Of a stretch of 64,000 bases of DNA, positions 27,771-41,327 are shown piece by piece (position 1 is the first letter of the stretch; each line of letters starts with the position of its first letter). Under the pieces are notes generated by a model. That model had not been told where the DNA came from and ran no database searches. It saw only the letters and a list, made by a program, of their open reading frames with translations. The stretch is taken from assembly GCA_964016885.1 (NCBI GenBank), contig OZ024740.1, positions 250,790,001-250,854,000 on the forward strand, written 5' to 3'. Both the position numbers and the translations under genes were made by a program. The stretch comes from Eledone cirrhosa (Eukaryota).

Positions 27771-28899
27771 GGTAGTTGTGCACCAGTTGAATGACGTATC
27801 AATGATATATTTATTTATTTATTTATTTATTTAGCTCTAGTATCAATGTAGAGAGAGATATATGTGGTTAAGAGAGAAAACAGCCGTTACATAGAGAGAA
27901 AAGAAAAAGAAAAATATCCAGACAAAAACGAGGCAGATTTAAAACACTATGTATCATCAATGTAAAAAATATCAATTCGTATAAAACAGGCATTATAATG
28001 TAAATATCAGTATTCATGAATGAGACACGTATCAATAAAGTGTGAAAAATAATGATCATATGTCTAGTTTAAAATTCATAGGTTTATATTAGAAGGTTAT
28101 CCCATATTTTATACTATATACTATATACATCCATGTGAATTTACGTGACCATCTCTGCAAATTCCTATTTCACACGAGAACATTCTCATTGTGCTATAAA
28201 AATTCTAGTATACATATATGTGTACATACACACAAATATATATAGAGTCTACATTAATTTTAATTTTAACAATACATATAATGCAAGAGATATATAAAAA
28301 TAAAATAAGGAAATATAGTAAGGGTATGTGTATAAATGTGTGTATATGCACCTACAAATGTACATATGTGTGTATGTACAAATACATGTGTATAGTGAAA
28401 AAAATGTGTGCGTAAGTACATACATGAGGGCAAGCATATCAGTGTATGTGTGACCACAAATACGTATATAATATATATTGAAAAAAGAAATTGTAAGATG
28501 ATAGAGTTAGCGTACATACAGACTCAGGGACTAAGTATGAAAGCACGCGTATAAACACACACACACGCTCAACCACATACATACATGTGATATATACAGG
28601 GAAGGGAGTGTATGAGTCAAAGCAGTGTCAGACTGAAGGTCGATACATATATAAAAATATAAAATATTAAAATGAAAAAATGAAAACATATATGAGAATA
28701 AACAAATTAAATCAAAGAGAAAGTAAGAGGGGGGTTATCAATTATAAAGTAACACTAGAAAAAATAGAAAACATACAGAGGTTCGTACACACATATATAT
28801 ATATATATAAATATATATATAAATATATTATATATATATATATATACACGCAGACATACCCACACAAGCCCATACATATATATATATATATACACATAA

Positions 28900-28934
<35 letters not shown>

Positions 28935-29025
28935 CATATATATGCTTTCACCGTATTTTTTTACTAAAGAAATTTTAGCCTGATAGTGGGGTTTAGAACC
29001 CTCAGAGAAATGGAAAGATGAGTAT

Positions 29026-29096
29026 TGACGTACATAGGACTCGAACCCACATCTTTGGTTATCCAGACCACTGTGCAACAATTACACCAACACATC
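29026..29096 (-). tRNA. tRNA-like cloverleaf (pseudo-tRNA or SINE head), loop reads GGA
   Basis: Acceptor GATGTGT/GTACGTC, D stem GTGT/GCAC, anticodon stem TGGT/ACCA with loop CTGGATA, T arm GTGGG-TTCGAGT-CCTAT; many G-U pairs; partial second copy 29200-29336. Confidence 0.5.
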
Positions 29097-29367
29097 ACCC
29101 ATCTCCTTCCATTCAAATTAGAAGCTACAATCTTAGCAAGTATGATGACAAGTAAGTATTTTTGAAACAGCGAGCAAGTTTGAAATTAGAAAATATAAGT
29201 TTTCACCGTATTTTTTTTACTAAAGAAATTTTAGCCTGATAGTGGGGTTTAGAACCCTCAGAGAAATGGAAAAAGATGAGTATTGACTTACATGGGAGTC
29301 GAAACCACATCTTTGGTTATCCAGACCACTGTGCAAGAAGTGAAAGCTTCTATTTTCTAATTTCAAA

Positions 29368-29885
29368 CTATAGTGAACTATAATAAACCACGCAACGTAC
29401 GCAACGAACTCGCAAACACACACACACAGACACATAACACTCATATACAAAATATGACGGACGTCGTCGTCGTCGTCGTAGTCGTGGTGGTGGTTTATTA
29501 TAGTTCACTATAGAAATATTATTTTAGATAAAATGTTATATTGTTTTAATCCAAATGAAAATAAAAATTACATGTTGATACTTGCGGGATCTAATACCTT
29601 GTAAAATTTGATTCGATTTAGTCCAACCGTTTGAGAATGCATAGGAACAGACAGACACAGAGAGTCAAAATCGATAAAAAGTACTTAACCCGTTACATCA
29701 GTGACATAATGTTTTTCAGGGTGTCTAGGTAGTTTCCTTATCCAAACAATGGAATGAAATAAGTACACGAAAAAGCCGAAGTAGATCAGATATACATAAA
29801 ACACCCGACGATATTTTGTATATGAGTGTGTATGTGTCTGTGTGTGTGTTTGCGAGTTCGTTGCGTACGTTAGGCCTCAGAGATT
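29368..29885. mobile_element. Helentron/HINE(DINE-1)-like non-autonomous element
   Basis: Overlapping IRs 29368-29391/29490-29513 and 29394-29455/29811-29871, a (GTC)n run and an aaaatttg...acagacagac motif. Confidence 0.45.
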
Positions 29886-30755
29886 TAAACACACACGCAC
29901 GAACATCTACACATACAGATACATGTGATGACAGACAGATGTGCGTGAATGTATGTCTGTGTGTGTCGTTCTCAGTATATGTATGTGAAAGTGTGTGTGT
30001 GTGAGTGTATGTGTGTGTGAGTGAATGTGTGATAATTTTATTTTCATTTGGTGTAGCGACTGTCAAAAAAGTGAGGTGAAAAGCTATGCGTGTGTCTGCG
30101 TGAATGTATGTCTGTGTGTGTCTGTTTTAGTATATGTATGTGAAAGTGTATGCGTGTGAGTGTGTAGCAACAATTTATTCATTTGGGTACCAACAAAAAT
30201 TTACACAATGAATATTGTTTACCTTAAGGTGCTTCAATATTGACTGATTTTCATTTCTAAATTCTATTATCATTACAAATTTGATATTTAAAAAAATAAA
30301 AGATCAGTTACTTTAGTCTATAAATAGATTGGGGATTGACATGTGTGAGTGTATATGTGGTGTTGGGGAGAGATGTAGACGTAATTGTGGTGGTAGTAGA
30401 GAATTGTATCTATTTCATTTGTCCGTTTTCTTTTCTTTTAAAAATTTGAAATTTAGCCATATAATGTTATTAATCTGAAAAATAAAAACTATCCATTAAT
30501 ATTCACTTATTACATCCAAACACACGTCATATCTATTTTTCTTATAATATTACCTTGATTCATTTTTTTAAATAAAAATGATGAAGATAGTATTACGGTG
30601 AGGTAGTACAATAAGATGTACATATGCAAAGAGCTTTGTTTTGGTAACCTGTCTAGTTAGAAATGACAGGGAAATAAAACCTTAGCTTCTACCACATCCA
30701 TACACAGATTGAGTTGTATCTATTTATGTATTACTCTTTCTGTCTCTATGTATTC

Positions 30756-30809
<54 letters not shown>

Positions 30810-30944
30810 GTCTGTATATCAACGTTCTGATAACTGGTTTTGCTAGAAATGATAGCAAAATAAAATACTACCTTCTACAACACATACGTATATTGATTTG
30901 TATCTGTATATGTATTACTCTTTTTGTCTCTATGTATTCCTAGA

Positions 30945-33900
30945 GGGAGGTGTAATAGCCTCAAAAATATCATCAGCTAATTCCAACTGGCTGATAGATA
31001 TCGACTAGACTTCCCAAATGTACCACTGTGGGCGTGGAGCAACCACACTGGGTCTTCTAGATCGTATTTCGATAGATTTTTAATTAGACAGAATGATAAA
31101 GAAACATTATGCTGTCCACAAATGCTCGTGGTTTCCTATTCAGACCACAAATTAGTCACCCGCATAGTCAACCTTGATAGAACACATAGACAGGGACCCG
31201 GATACTGGAAGCTAAATATGTCGCTTCTGGTGCGTAAGGCCTACAGTAAACGGATTAGCACCTTAGTTAAGTGCCAATTGGCGGTGGCGATCGTCAACAA
31301 CAGGTGGTGGAGCTCTCTCAAGAGAGCAATTAGAATAGAATCGATAACATTTATAAAGGAAGTAGCTTTAGAAAAAAACAAAACCGAAAAGGAACTGGTA
31401 GCTAAAGTAGAAGAGGCACTTAGAAATGGCAGTACAGCTGACGTGTTAGCGGCGAGAACGGCACTAGACCAGTTCTTCAACGTGAAACACGAAGGTTGTA
31501 ATGTCAGAAGTAGAACACGGGCTCTAAGAAACGAGGGAGCCAAAGCTGTTAGCTGGGCCCGAGTGGCAGAGGCGAAAAGTGGCAACAAATCCACAATTCG
31601 GTCTTTGCAAGACAAAGATGGATGCATTCTATTTGAATCCAAGCAGATGTGCACCGCCTCCTAGCAGCATTTTGCACAACTGTTCAGGCAAAGCGGTACG
31701 TCAAGGGAGGTGATGGACTTCGGCTCCTACCTCAACGGCGTACCACGACTCTCGAGCACGGATGCAGAGAGCTGCGAAAGGCCGATCACAGCGGGCGAAA
31801 TAGAATATGCCTTAGGCCGCTGCGGGAAACGCAAATCACCCGGTTTAGGGGGTCTACCCTATGAGTTTTACATAGGCATGCCAGACTTGTTCTCTGGCGT
31901 CCTCGAAGCGGTCTACTGCAACTGGCAGCAGAACGGGAGGATTCCCAGTTCTGTAGGCAGAGGTGTAGTAACGCTGATCAGGAAAGATGAGAACAAGGGG
32001 GATGAGATAAGCAATTTCAGGCCCATAACTCTGCTCAACACAGAGTTAAAGATTTTGCCCAAAGTGTTAGCAGCGAGGCTGGCGCTTGTCGTCGAGAACC
32101 TGGTAGGGGAAGCGCAAACGTGTGCAATCCCGACGAGGTCCATACACGACAACCTCCACCTCATGCGATACATCATAGAGAGGGCAGGGTGTAAACCTGG
32201 CTTCGGTGGGGCTCTGATCAATTTAGATCAGTCTAAGGCATTTGATAGGGTCGACCATCAATACATGGAAGCGGTTGTCAAGGCGGCCGGCTTCGGTCCT
32301 GTCTTCAGACGCTGGATCGCTGCTATGCATACCAGCATCTGCTCAGCAGTCAAGGTGAATGGCTACCTATCGGAGCCATTCCAAATCATGCGTTCCATCC
32401 GTCAGGGGTGCCCTCTCATCTCCATTCTGTATGTACTGACTCTTGAGCCATTACTGCGGAAGTTGGAGCTGTTGCAGGGCATCTCGATCGAACCAGGACT
32501 GCGGAAAGCGGCGTCGGCCTATGCCGACGACATAACCGTAATGGTGTCGAAAACCTCGGAAATCGGGGTATTCGGCAACCTATTACAGGAATACAAAACG
32601 TTGACAGGAGCAAGACTAAACCCAAACAAGTCTGTTGGTTTGCAACTCGGCACATGGAGAGGCAAACCCATGCCTTCCGACAGTGTCGTTGGATGCTGGA
32701 CGGAAGGACCGGTGAAATTGCTTGGGGGCTGGTTTGGTCCAGGTCTCCAAGTGGACAAGAACTGGAACGAGGTCACGGCAAAGGTGTTTGCACTCACCCA
32801 GAAGTGGGCTGAGTGCAAACTCTCGTTGAATGGTCGAGCGGGGGGAGGGGTGGCGAACACTTACATAGCGTTCGTCATCTACTACCGCTTGACAGTCGTG
32901 CCTTGTCCCCGCGAATACCTCACCAAAATGGAACGCCTACTCTTCAAGTTCCTCTGGAAGAAACAGGCTCCATTGGTGAGGAGATCCATCTGCTGTCAGC
33001 ACCCTTCTAACGGAGGACTGGGCATGCCGTGGCTGATGATGCGCAAACATGCGCTGAGACTACGCCATCTCCAGGTATTCCTGACCGGCGAACCGGTGTG
33101 GCTGTTGTTTGTGAGACAAGCTCTTCCACAACTCGTCTCACTAACAGAGCTGCAGTCCTGGGTCAAGCGAAGACCGAAAATGGGTGCCTGGCACCTCGAG
33201 TGCCTTCAGACGCTCACAGCCCTCTACCAAGCGGAAACGGCAATCAGCGGAGACTCCACTTCGACATTCTATAGGGGATTAGTGGAGGATAAGTGCGACA
33301 ACGTTTTCGGGGAAACTCTAGGCATCGAGGAGGACGAACTGACCAGTCTGTTCGTGAGAACTTTCCGTCCAGGGCCTATTGGATAACTTCCAGAGGTCTC
33401 TGGCCTGGTAGTGCTACCGAGGAGCTCTACCAGTTCGAGACAAAATCTACAGGCACGGACTCCTTGGCAGAGATCCTGCCAAAAGGACCTGTCCAAGATG
33501 CGAGCAGGACGTCGAAACCAATCTGCACGCAATTGTTCAGTGCCCAGGGGTGACCGACCTGTGGAATTATGTCGAACAGCTAGCGTCACGTATGGGACGC
33601 ATCCAGTTGTCAGCCGAGTCCATCGTGAGGATCACCCCGCCGCCTTCATTTAATTATGAATGAGAGGCGGTTTTTCTCTGTCTGGTGGCTATGGCGAAAG
33701 AGGTAATATGGTGGACTAGGTTAAAAGCACTGAGGGCAAACACCTTTCTCTCCGGACAACTTATCCCCTTCTTTAAGTACCACTTCAGAAGGGACGTGAG
33801 AGTGGAGAGAGAGGTGCTACACCCCAGTAAATTCGCTGAAAGGTGGGAGAATGTGGCGAAAATGGCCCGAGTATATAAACCTGTAGGTTGAGGAAGATAA

Positions 33901-34140
33901 ACAGAAGGAAGACAGGAATACCTACAAAACGTGTTCCTGGTGTTGAGATTTGTTCTATCCACAGGGTGTAAAACAACTCTGAAGTAACGTCCCCTCTCCC
34001 TATTGAGGATTTCAATTGTTATTTTATTATATATAGTTTATTGTTATTTATTAATGTTAAAGTTATATGATTTTTATGTAAAACTCCCGCCGTCACGACT
34101 TGTAATGTCCCCTTTTTGTACGCCCCTGTGGCAAATAAAG
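30945..34140 (+). mobile_element. Tx1/L1-clade LINE, 5'-truncated
   Basis: APE end (SDHK, GYWKLN), RT (FRPITLLN, DQSKAFDRV, RQGCP, AYADD), CCHC knuckle, AATAAA then (TC)n(TA)n. Confidence 0.92.
31710..33386 (+). pseudogene. Tx1 ORF2 RT segment (558 aa open)
   Basis: Uninterrupted RT core, flanked by stops and frameshifts. Confidence 0.85.
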
Positions 34141-34151
34141 ATATCTATCTA

Positions 34152-34238
<87 letters not shown>

Positions 34239-35192
34239 CCAACTACAGAAAGCATTCTCTAAAGGAGAATGAACTGGATATGTCTAGTATATAATATAAA
34301 TAGGTGAATAATATATAATCCAACAAGGTCCGTAACTTGGACTGAATCCGTAGAAGAAATCAACGTTATACTCACAGCTGGGGAAAATATTATCAACTTC
34401 AAGGTTGAACTATGGACACGCGCGGATAGACTCGTGGATAACTATGGACATACGCGGATAGTAACTTTGACATCACCATGGGCTCTACAGACTCAGCCTA
34501 AGTCATGGACCTTGATGGATTATACATTCTGCACATAATTAAAAGGATACCAGAACTGGGTGTAGGTTTGTACCGTGACAATGCCCTTTTCACCACAATA
34601 ACTGTGCTATAAATAGAAAAAAAATTATAATAAACTTTTTGGTAATTACGTTCTTAAACTAGAAATAGGAATGAACAGTAAAATAGTTAATTTGCTTGAC
34701 ACAACCCTAAACTCTCATTCCGGCCTTTATTACCCATACCATAAATTAAATGAAAACCTTAGTTACGTTAGCTATTTCTCAAACCACCCGAGGAATGTAA
34801 CGAAGGCCGTAGTCAATAGCGTAGCGCAGAGGATTTCTAGGCTTTCAGCTAATAGGGAAATCTTCAATAGCAAAGCTAAATATAGTACCACAACTACCAC
34901 GAGATTAACTAAAATATAGCGAATCAAAGGAAATCAAGCACAAAGGAACAGGACCATATCGCGTTCAGTTGTATGGTATAACCCACCCCACTACTCAGGA
35001 CTACAAACAAACATAGCTCGACTTTTCTTTAATGTATTAAATAAATGTTTCCCCAAATCACAGATAAAGCAGGATATTTAATAGACACAGAGTTAAGTTA
35101 TCATACTCTACCACCAAAACATAGAACACATTAATTATAAAAGTTGGAAAATTCAACATAACGAAAACGCACACATTAATGAATACAACACA

Positions 35193-35326
35193 ATTTACGG
35201 CCCTTGTAAATTCTGAGTTCAAATCCCGCCGAGGTTAACTTTGCCTTTCATCCTTATGGGGGTCTATAAAATAAAGTACCAGTAATGCACTGGGTAATTG
35301 CTGGCCTTGTGCCTAAAGTAGAAACA
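35193..35326 (+). mobile_element. 5'-truncated SINE
   Basis: 18-bp TSD attaatgaatacaacaca (35175-35192/35327-35344). Confidence 0.88.
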
Positions 35327-36434
35327 ATTAATGAATACAACACATAACATCATGTAAATATAGTAAGGACACTGGATAATACATAGAATAGACACCACTC
35401 CAGTAACCAACAGCAGACAGATAAACAGACACACAGATATAATGAAATCCAACACACGATAACAGAAATAACATGTACTGTAACTGCCAGATTCCAGTCA
35501 ACTACCCTATGCAGACTAAAATTCCTCCATAGAAACATAATATATATATTAGATACAAAACGTATAACTACATAGGAGCAACATCGACTAGTTTTAAGGA
35601 TAGATGCTACAATCATCGCCACTCAGAAAAAAAAAGAAGCACGCAATATCTAACCTCATATGGAGACTAAGACAGAACCGGATACAGTATTCGTTTGTCT
35701 TGGCGTACGCTCGCAAATGTATTTCCATTTTTTCGCGTGGCTGTAATCTCTGTACAACGGAAACTCTACACATTATTACTAGAAGACAGGGGCCTCGTTT
35801 GCCTTTAAAATGTGAGGGGGACAAACCAAAATTTATTGATTCTTAAAGGAGCATAAATTACTTATGGTGCCTTTCCCAGACCCTATCACATGAGTAAAAT
35901 TTTACGCTAATTAAATTTTCTATATTCAAATGAAGTTCAAATATAAAAAAAATAAGCTTAAAAAGAATTTATTATATCAAATAAACAAAAAATAAAACAT
36001 AGACGTTTGAAAAAGTGTGTGTGTGTGGGGGGGGCGTTGTACCCTGGTACCCCCTGAAACAAGGCCCTTGCTAGGAGACAGCAAGTAATTAACAAACACG
36101 CTAACCTATTTAATACTTCTATGCATAACATTTCGAAAAATTACCTGAGATTATATAGTTAGCACATTCATAAACATTTACCTCCAACTAGACCTGAAAA
36201 TAATTACTAAACCTATACATTAAATACATCAATACATAGTTACACAAGAATCTCCTTCTCTAATAATCGATAGCCTGAAAATATAAATACGGAGCCTTAA
36301 ATTCAAAGAAATAAATAGATAAATAAGATTATTCCAACCAATTCTTGAACATATATGAACCAGGGTGACGGGTATACAAACACAAACCTTATCCTAGTAG
36401 CATATCAAAAGCAAAAGCACCACAAATTTCAACG

Positions 36435-36501
36435 TGTCTCAAGAGAAAACGCCAGAAGGTAATTATGCTACCACTCTGACGTCTTCGAAATGCGTATGAC
36501 A
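36435..36501 (+). ncRNA. Decayed hammerhead motif
   Basis: tgt-CTCAAGA-long stem II (GAAAACGCCAGA/TCTGACGTCTTC)-GAAA-TGCG-TA-TGACA; core mutated. Confidence 0.45.
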
Positions 36502-36599
36502 AAATTATTGCGTATGTGTATAGATGTATATATGTGTATATATGTATATATAGTGTGTGTATATACACACTATATATATATACATATAGAATATTTAAG

Positions 36600-37620
36600 T
36601 ATCGAGAGAGAGAAGAAGAGATAAGCGATACATATAGTTAGTTGCTAATAGCTTGTGCATATGTGCTCAATACTTGTGCTTACAGGGTTAAATATTAGAA
36701 GCGTTAATATCTAAAGGGCGAGAATATAAGCAGAGCGGTTACAAGTGAAATGATTACAAAGGAGAATATACCGTTAAAACATGTTTATATAAAAGCACCC
36801 ACGTACGTTTCGCCCGAAAAGGGCTTCTCAAGGGCATAGAAAACTAAAAAAGTTCAGTACATGACCCGGGAGGGGTTTTAAGGCTAGAATTACATCAAAG
36901 TTCATTCTTCGTTCAAACACATGTGTTGTTTTTGCCACAGGGCAAGGGGAGTAACTCTGGCCGGTGTTTGAATAATCGTCTCCAAAATGCTTATTACCCG
37001 TTCACATGATGGTGTTTTCCCATTACTATTTTGTGGGTGCTGCTTTACTATTGTCGATTCAAGCAGGGTCTGGAATGCATAGTTGGTTTACAGATATTTA
37101 TTTGCGCCGCCTGCCCACCGGAGTGTTATGGTTTGGTGCAGGAGGACCCAGTTTATGGTTTTCATGCCTCAGTCGATTTCCATCCGAAGTAAGACACCTG
37201 TATTCGGCGGCTGCAGTTTATCACCGATTCTGCTCTGCTGTTTATAAGTTCTAGGTGTGCTGTTATGATATAGTAAAGTTACATGAGGCAAAGCTCGCAC
37301 TTCCTCTTGAAATTGTAGGGTGCTGCTCTGCCGACAATTTCCCAGTGTGTGGAGAAGCTGATGTTGGCGTCTTTTAATGTTGTGATGTAATTGGCAAGTG
37401 ACGTGGAGTGTCTTAGTTTTTTGTTTCTAAAAGAGTGGAGATGTGTTCAAAATCTAGTTTTGAACTGGCCAGAGGTGGCCCCTATATAGTGCTTAATGCT
37501 ATTATGGCTAGTTATGGTGCACCTATAAATAACATTATCAGTCAAGCAATTTCCCCTGAGAGGGCAGCTTCCCCTGTCGCGACAGTTGCATTTTCGGTCA
37601 CGGTCGCTCCTAGTTCCTGA
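36600..37620 (-). mobile_element. PLE 3' remnant (GIY-YIG + 3' UTR)
   Basis: Minus-strand translation KCNCRDRGSCPLRGNC..NVIY..HYIGATSGQFKTRF..HWEIV..CELC. Confidence 0.8.
36795..36836 (-). ncRNA. Minimal hammerhead with U3-A8 covariant core
   Basis: TGCCC-TTGAGAA-GCCCttttcGGGC-GAAA-CGTACG-T-GGGTG; cleavage base missing or G. Confidence 0.6.
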
Positions 37621-37689
37621 AGTAAAGCTATTACTATTGCTACCTATGTTGTTATCTACGCCTCTAAGGGCGCGACGTTATAGCTATGT

Positions 37690-38225
37690 ATCTATCTAAA
37701 AAGACAGACGAAGAAAGAGAGAGATCGCTAACCGGAAGTGTTGACATTTGAAAATTTTAATGAAGTGAATATTTAAATAAACAATAAAATATCTTTAATC
37801 TGTTAACTAAATTTAGTAGACAAAAACTTTCTTGGAAAAAGTTACATCTATCAGTCAAGAAAACTTGTGAAACATAAGTAATGCATATGCAAAGTTTAAA
37901 AAAAATCGGTTGGGTACTTTTCAAGTTACAGGTCCTAACGCAACCAAAATGCGTAAAAAATCGGTTTTTCAAAACACTTTAAACGACATACGTAATGCAA
38001 ATTTTGAAGAAATCGCCTGGATTATTGTCCCGTTATGCCTTAAAAAAAGCCTTAAAATCCTAAAATATGAGGTTTTTCGCCTAATGCGGTCCCTAGGGCA
38101 TTGAAAATTTGAAATATTTTTCGCTCAAAACACTCACACGACTTTAAGTATTACATGTATAAAGTTTGAAAAAAATCGCTTGGGTGGTTCTCGAATTTTA
38201 CGGAGACAGACAGACAGCTCCCTCA
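37690..38225 (+). mobile_element. Helentron/HINE-like repeat fragment
   Basis: Twice-repeated atgYa(t)aaagtttRaaaaaaatcg motif ending in acagacagacag. Confidence 0.45.
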
Positions 38226-38591
38226 AACACTAATGGTGATTATCGCTAAATATTGATGTTGATTTGGTTATCACTATTAATATTATTGGGCACCCACTGA
38301 AGAATTATAAGAGCCCACTTGTATAAGTATCTGTTGATCTTATACAAGCTTCTACATAATTTGGTATAATTTCACCCAACTTGTAGAAATCTTATAATGA
38401 AACGAGTCGTCTGGGAAATGATATATTTGATATATCTCATATGAAATGATACAGCCAATTCTCCACACAATAATTAGCACCCCAAACGTTTAATTAGGAA
38501 TATACTCAGATATTTCCTAATGTTTGTTGAGTGAGTTGGAATTTGGCCGGAGTATCGCTATTAGCTTTCTCCGTTTATGTATATATATATA

Positions 38592-39329
38592 TATTGTTAT
38601 TACTCTGGGGTATTATTCTCCATCGAGTGCTAAAGCTACATTCCGAATTTGCATTCGTTAGCTTAGCCCCAGCCTAAAGCTTCGTTAATGCTGTACTAAA
38701 AGTACTAAAATTTGTATTTTAACTCCTAGAATTAACGATTAACTGATTAATTTAATTAGACAATTCTATTGATTGATTAATTGTTTATGTTTGTTTGATA
38801 ACTTCTGGTTAATTTCGAATTTCGAATTCACCGCCAAAACGGGGGTAAACTCCCTTGGATAAAACCGCGTGTCTCTAGCTAAATTTACTGCTAGAACACA
38901 CCCGCTGAGGCTATAGAACGCAAGACTTGTTGACGAAGTAAATCCTTTGTTCTGTCGTCAAAGGCCATTAACTTGCAGACCCCTGCAAGCGGAATTAGCC
39001 GATCTCGGATTTACAGAAACCTAGCGTGGATGTTGTAAGTTGTATGTGATGTATATCGTATGCTATACGATATCCATTATGTATTGCATTCGGTCTCCGC
39101 GCGATGGTCCAGGTCAGTTAAAAATCTGTTGCTGAGTCCAGGCTTTTTCGTTGCTATGGCAATGCGGCTGGACTGCCGATCGCTATATTTGATCTGCAAA
39201 GCTGTCTAAACGTATTGTTATTACTCTGGGGTATTATTCTCCATCGAGTGCTAAAGCTACATTCCGAATTTGCATTCGTTAGCTTAGCCGCAGCCTAAAG
39301 CTTCGCTAATGCTGTACTAAAATTTGTAT
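38592..39329. mobile_element. Small non-coding element with ~117-bp direct terminal repeats in (TA)n
   Basis: 38592-38717 matches 39213-39329; TA runs on both sides. Confidence 0.55.
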
Positions 39330-39887
39330 ATATATATAGATAGAGAGAGAGAGAGAGAGATGAAAGAAAAGCACAAACAAGAGACAGGTCCCCTCTTAAG
39401 TTGTCTGCTGGGGGTCTCAGACGTTTCAACGCATTAAAAGACAATACGTCTATCCCCAGTGTGTCAATAACGTTTGAAGTTATTAGGGAAAGAAAAAAAG
39501 AGAGAGAAGAAAAAAACGCAGAAAACATACCAATAGAAATGGGGGAACACGAGGAACCACACATGTATGTAAAGTAACCAGGGGAGAGAGAGAGGAAGTT
39601 AAACCGACGGTTGGGCATAAGTCCGGGGCCTTATTAACAGCGAAGAAAAACACGTCTAATCTCGGCGGGAGCAGCGAAAAGATATGCTTTCAGTTCCTTA
39701 GAGGACTAACAACACACTCTGGATCTAAGCATATAAAAAAGCCATGATAATGTATTGTTTATAATGCGCCGAAACATCCGTGATCCGTAGTAGACAACTG
39801 ACGAAGGGAAACTGTCGATCTCTTGTTTGTTTCGCCTTATCTTCTAACACTCGTTATCAGTAACCACACAGTCTCGCCTCCCTCAAT

Positions 39888-39939
<52 letters not shown>

Positions 39940-39943
<4 letters not shown>

Positions 39944-40760
39944 TCAAATATTAACAAAATAGATATTCTTGTGATCAATTAAATTTTATTATACTTATTT
40001 AAGAGGTACTGAATCAAGTTCAACAGTACGTCCTCATCAGATAAAATAAAATGATACATGACATACCCTGAGATGTTAGATGGTTAAGATTTAATCAAGG
40101 TACTGATTAACTTATGAGAAAACTCAATATTTATACCCTAATATTGAGAACATGCGAAAACGTATTAGAATCAATAGAGAGAGTGTGAGTAAGAAAAACA
40201 TTGCAACAGTTATAGAGTTTTTAAAATTTGAAATACTACTATAGAACTATAGAGGAAGACGTATCTGGAGTTATAATTTATTTAGTATTTAGATTGAGAA
40301 GACAACTAACAGATAATTAAAGAGAGGAAGAGACAAAGGGGAGTAATATATGCTCAAATTTTCTTTAGACACACATAAACATATATAGCTTTGGCGGTTA
40401 AATTTCAAAATATTTAATTTATGTTATTTTAGGGTAAAGATTCAAAATTTAGGTTTTAAAAGTTGATGGTTTAATTTTATAATATAATTGTGTTAAATTT
40501 CTAAAATTCAAAGTTTTATGAAAACAAATTTAAAGGATTTACGAGGCCCGCGAAAGAAAAAATTTAAAGTTCAATATTCTTACAAAGGTAATCTTTAACA
40601 AAATTACTTGTAACACTGACAACATTTTCTATAATATAATTTATGAAATATTTACAGTTATAACTATTAAGAAATTTATTGTTAAATAGTTATAGTGCCT
40701 AAAGTATTAGCAGTTCTATAATTAAACCTACAGAAGTCAAAGTTTTCAGCTATATATATA
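39940..40760 (-). mobile_element. Diverged copy of the 23.0-24.4 kb PLE-like element
   Basis: Collinear with 23000-23860; hammerhead at ~39983-40048 has GAAA mutated to TAAA. Confidence 0.75.
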
Positions 40761-41217
40761 TATGTGTGTATTGATCATAATATCAGGACTATAATTTATT
40801 ATTTGTTCATATATTATATTAAGTCATTATATTAGTTCTACCTTGTAGGGAAGACCGAACTCCAATTATGATTATGTTATTATACAATATACATATATTT
40901 GTACAAACTATATATAGAGATATAACGAACTATAATTATGATTTCGTTATTATACAATATAAACATATTTGCACAAACTATATATAGAGATATACTAAGT
41001 ATTAATGAGACGGTATACATTTAAAAGAATAACGATTATAATCTTTGTTAGTAGTTTCTTACATGTGTAACTACGATTATGTTATTACACTAGATAAAGA
41101 TATTTGCACAAACAGTATTAATAAGACGGTATATATCCAATAAAACATAGCGATTACAAACATTGTTAGTAGTTCTACCTCCAGTTCAGTGGAGATATAA
41201 ACCAATATTTGTCTGCT

Positions 41218-41327
41218 AATAATTGTTTCTACTTTAGGCACAAGGCCAGAAATTACCCAGTGCATTACTGGTACTTTATTTTATCGACCCCGTAAGGATG
41301 AAAGGCAAAGTCAACCTCGGCAGGATT
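41218..41327 (-). mobile_element. SINE 3' half
   Basis: Matches the SINE consensus. Confidence 0.88.

Larger units (their letters stand above)
34370..36520 (+). mobile_element. Highly decayed PLE (Naiad-like)
   Basis: Remnants of FDITMGS, GLYRD, SNHP, VWYNPP, CNCQ and CNLCTTE; SINE inserted at 35193-35326. Confidence 0.8.

Noticed and set aside
29940-30940. Short local tandem duplications (also 22193-22460 and 40860-41180)
   Set aside because: Ordinary slippage or duplication in low-complexity DNA
37006-37254. 82-aa ORF with a signal-peptide-like start
   Set aside because: Antisense to a PLE 3' region; no independent support
39721-39815. Possible hammerhead (GGAT-CTAAGCA...GAAA-CATCCG-TG-ATCC; CTGACGA-agg-GAAA)
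   Set aside because: Two core mismatches, no stem II and a GUG triplet; too decayed to call
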